From Phoronis australis (Eukaryota; Animalia; Phoronida), in NCBI GenBank assembly GCA_002633005.1, contig NMRA01000427.1, positions 325,924-389,923 on the forward strand: 64,000 bases of DNA. The letters are read 5' to 3'. Both the position numbers and the translations under genes were made by a program. The number at the start of each line of letters is the position of its first letter. Position 1 is the first letter of the stretch. Shown here in pieces: positions 60,906 to 64,000 of the stretch. The notes under the pieces were generated by a model. The model was not told the DNA's origin. It saw only the letters and a program-made list of their open reading frames with translations, and did not search any database.

Positions 60906-63900
60906 TGACTCATTGGTCATCAAATTAGAAAGGTTTTCTTTGCACTCCCTTGAGGGTGCGCGCATGCATGGCACACCCACGTTAAAAATAAGGTGTAACC
61001 ATGCAGTAAGCCTACGTAGAATCTCAGTTACTTACGGGAACTGAATGTGAACTCCAGACGTTGAAGTGTGTACATTTTTGGGACACACACTATATCATTC
61101 ACCCCCGCAACCAGAAACTGGACTACCGGCTGTGTTTCACCTAGGGATTCTGAAACGGCCGCAAAGCATTCATACCAGGCACCTAGGGACCCCACCTTTC
61201 CAGAAAATTACTTCAAAGAATGGCCATAGTATAATGAAGTGTTCCTCGAAACTGGATCATAATAAAACAAACCTTGACCTTCAACTCAGAGCAGAGGAAT
61301 AGGTACATGTACGAATACACTATTGGAACGTAGCTATAGTTACTTCAGGCAACTCTCAGCTTTCCGTCAGCGCGCTTGCCCTGGACCCATTCTTACTCTC
61401 CGTGAAACTTTGTTGGTTCACGGTTACTCAAATCTTGATGGCTGCATCCCCGATATTACCCCCACCTATGGCGGATGTGGGGGTTTAGGTATATGGTGAC
61501 ATCCAGAGAACAGGGGGAAGGGGTGGCGATAGCAAGGGATAGGTTGGCGAAGTCAAATTGGTTTTATTCGCCCCCCTCGATCCCCCCAATAGTTTTTTCC
61601 TTCCTACGGGACTGAATCTAAATAATTAACCGATATTTTCTGTTTTTCTTGAAAACAATAGTCACCAACATGAAGACTCTTCAAACATATCGCAGATATT
61701 TGTCATTGCTTCAGTGACCACTGTCATTGTTAAATTGCACGCAATCGCAGACTGAAAAGTTTGCTACAATAAACAGAGAAGAATAGTGAAACGTTAAATT
61801 GTAAAATACTATCATGTATATGTTTGTGACAGAAAGTTAACAAATGCATCGCGGTGAGACAAGGAAATGCACACATGGTATCTTCAGAGGAAACAGAACT
61901 CCAGTTCTCAAAGGGGTTTGCCTTTCATAACACTCGTGAATGGACTCATCACCCTTTCTTCATTCTGTCAAAAACTGCATTCAAAGAAAGAAAAGTTTCG
62001 AGTCTTCTCATATCTGAAGCACATAAGCACAGCAACTTCATTCTCTCTTGTATGCTTGACCCTTTCACTCCCGCTGAAAACCAAGCTAGACTTATAAGAA
62101 AAATAAAGCCAAAACCCCCGCAAAATCGGCACTTTTCACTCCAATACAACCACTTACTTGCCGATGCCAACTTTAGATTCCGAAAGCAAATTTCCAATCG
62201 ATTCCAAAAATGAGATCCACAAATACTGTCAATCCATTACATTTTTTCCAAATCTGGCTTGTTTGAGGGCTACCTGAAATCGCCGTCAATGGGGCTATTC
62301 GGAAAATCTGCAACAACTAGAGGGCGTGCGTGTACTAGTGGTGATAGATTAACAGCCTCGATTTCGCGAGCCCTTTAAATACATGGTGAAATGGCTTGCA
62401 GCCGTGCCAACTGAATCTGAGATTGCGTAAAAAGGGTGCTTCTATGAGAGGAAGTAAGCACGACCTCATACAAAGGTAAGGTTTGTGATTATTTTTACGA
62501 TTATTCCATGATTATTCTACCGATGCCTGTTAACTGAGGCACTCGCCGATGTCGACTTCGCGGCAGTCAGTCGCCAGCCAGAGTCTGGTTAATCTTTGTA
62601 TGTTGTGATATGTGATACGATACTTGACGTAGCAATCGGGATCTTTTCGTACATCAAAGCATTATTATTGTTTGGAATGATTTCTAAAAGTTTATCAGTG
62701 ACAGTTACATCAATCAATGCTGAATGTTTATGCTGTCAACTCGATACAGGTTAATGAGTTAAGATTACAATCCAATCCCAATGGCAAAGGGTACGTGAGT
62801 GATAAATATCCATTGCATTAGACTATTTGTTTACTCCCTATCATATGTCTTCTGGAAATCTATTACACGTTGAAATGGAAATCTATCACGTCAGTTTTCA
62901 CGTAACCTTTGGTTTTTAGGTTTGAAGGCTTGTACCGTGCAGAGGAGATATGCATCGCTTCTGCACCGTCCCTGAATGGACAAAAATTGGTTTTTAGCAT
63001 TTGACTGTAGCTAACCAACAAGATCTTCCCATCCAGTGCAGATCTGTTGTCAAAGCCTACTTTCAATATTGGAGACGACGAACAAAGCCTTTGAAAAGGA
63101 ACAGCTATTTTTAAAGTCATTTTGTTAAATTACTTATTCAGGTCCCGAGGGGGGATTGGCATGGGGGGTTGTAATATTTGGTACAACTGAATGTGTGGAA
63201 AAAACAGGTAATACATGTTTGGGGAAAAGAGCATGGTGAGATAATTCTTAACCTTCACGAAGTCCCTTCAAGTTGATTTCATGAAACTGTTTTGCTACTT
63301 GTATCAATTGTAAAACCAGGAAAATATATTACATTTTCCGAATTCACAGTGACTGAATAGTCTTAACTCATGCCTTGAAATGTTGCAAGTCGTTATAAAT
63401 TCAAATGACTGCCATTTTTGTGAAAATTGCATTTTTGATGGTGCCTTACGATTTTCAATTACTCTTAAACAACAGAAAGATTATCCATCATTTTTAAATG
63501 ACCCAAGTCTTCATATCTTCTATTAGAAGAAAAACGGTTCCCTCAACCTTAGGCTTGAAGTATGCTTGACAGACCCATGAACCTGTAATATGAGTTTAAA
63601 TTGCTGAAAGTATCAAAATTAAAAAGGCTTGAAAATGGGCAACAAAAGTTTGAAGTTGTCTCAAAAAACTTGAATATTTTACAGACAAGTGATGCGTTTA
63701 AAGAATTGTTATGGCTAGGGATAAAAAATAAAGACACAGTTTTATGCAATACTCATTATATACACCCTTGGTTTCTGAAAATAGTAATTATTTACTTTTA
63801 TGTGAAACTGTAGACCAATCACCATATATTTTTGAAAAACAGGGATAACATTTTTGATCCAATCTGGAGTACTTAATTATTCATATTTCAATATTTGTTC

Positions 63901-64000
63901 CAGGTTCAGTGACATTTTAAGGCCACTTCAAGCTGTATCATAGACAAGCTTTGTTACTCCGTTCTCTTCCCACAGCACTTCCACACACCAGCAGTGCTGC

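Overview
Animal (probably invertebrate) genomic DNA, AT-rich, with spliceosomal GT-AG introns; not prokaryotic, no CRISPR or rRNA. The left ~23 kb holds 16 coding exons of the class III PI3-kinase gene PIK3C3/Vps34 on the minus strand. Its 3' end runs off the window, and its first coding exon could not be found; it may lie in the N gap at 24496, which also truncates an LTR retrotransposon. At 30.9-45.4 kb are two tandem, three-coding-exon GH20 hexosaminidase-D-like genes, both with an N-terminal type II signal anchor. At 48.4-51.4 kb is a single-exon 1009-aa orphan ORF with a predicted N-terminal membrane anchor, ~52 copies of an 11-aa Y-[GE]-N-G-D-P-x-H-D-T-[PA] repeat and a WWRRLLCC tail; this is the best novelty candidate. 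The 52-60.4 kb region is a nest of decayed transposons: Polinton-type integrase, Kolobok-like THAP element, hAT transposase, and a Gypsy LTR element containing a THAP TIR element that itself carries a 750-bp insert, plus a SINE in the integrase. Introns and intergenic DNA contain several MITEs, tRNA-headed SINEs and two minimal hammerhead ribozyme motifs of the Penelope type. All calls come from reading and hand-translating the sequence; no database searches were run.
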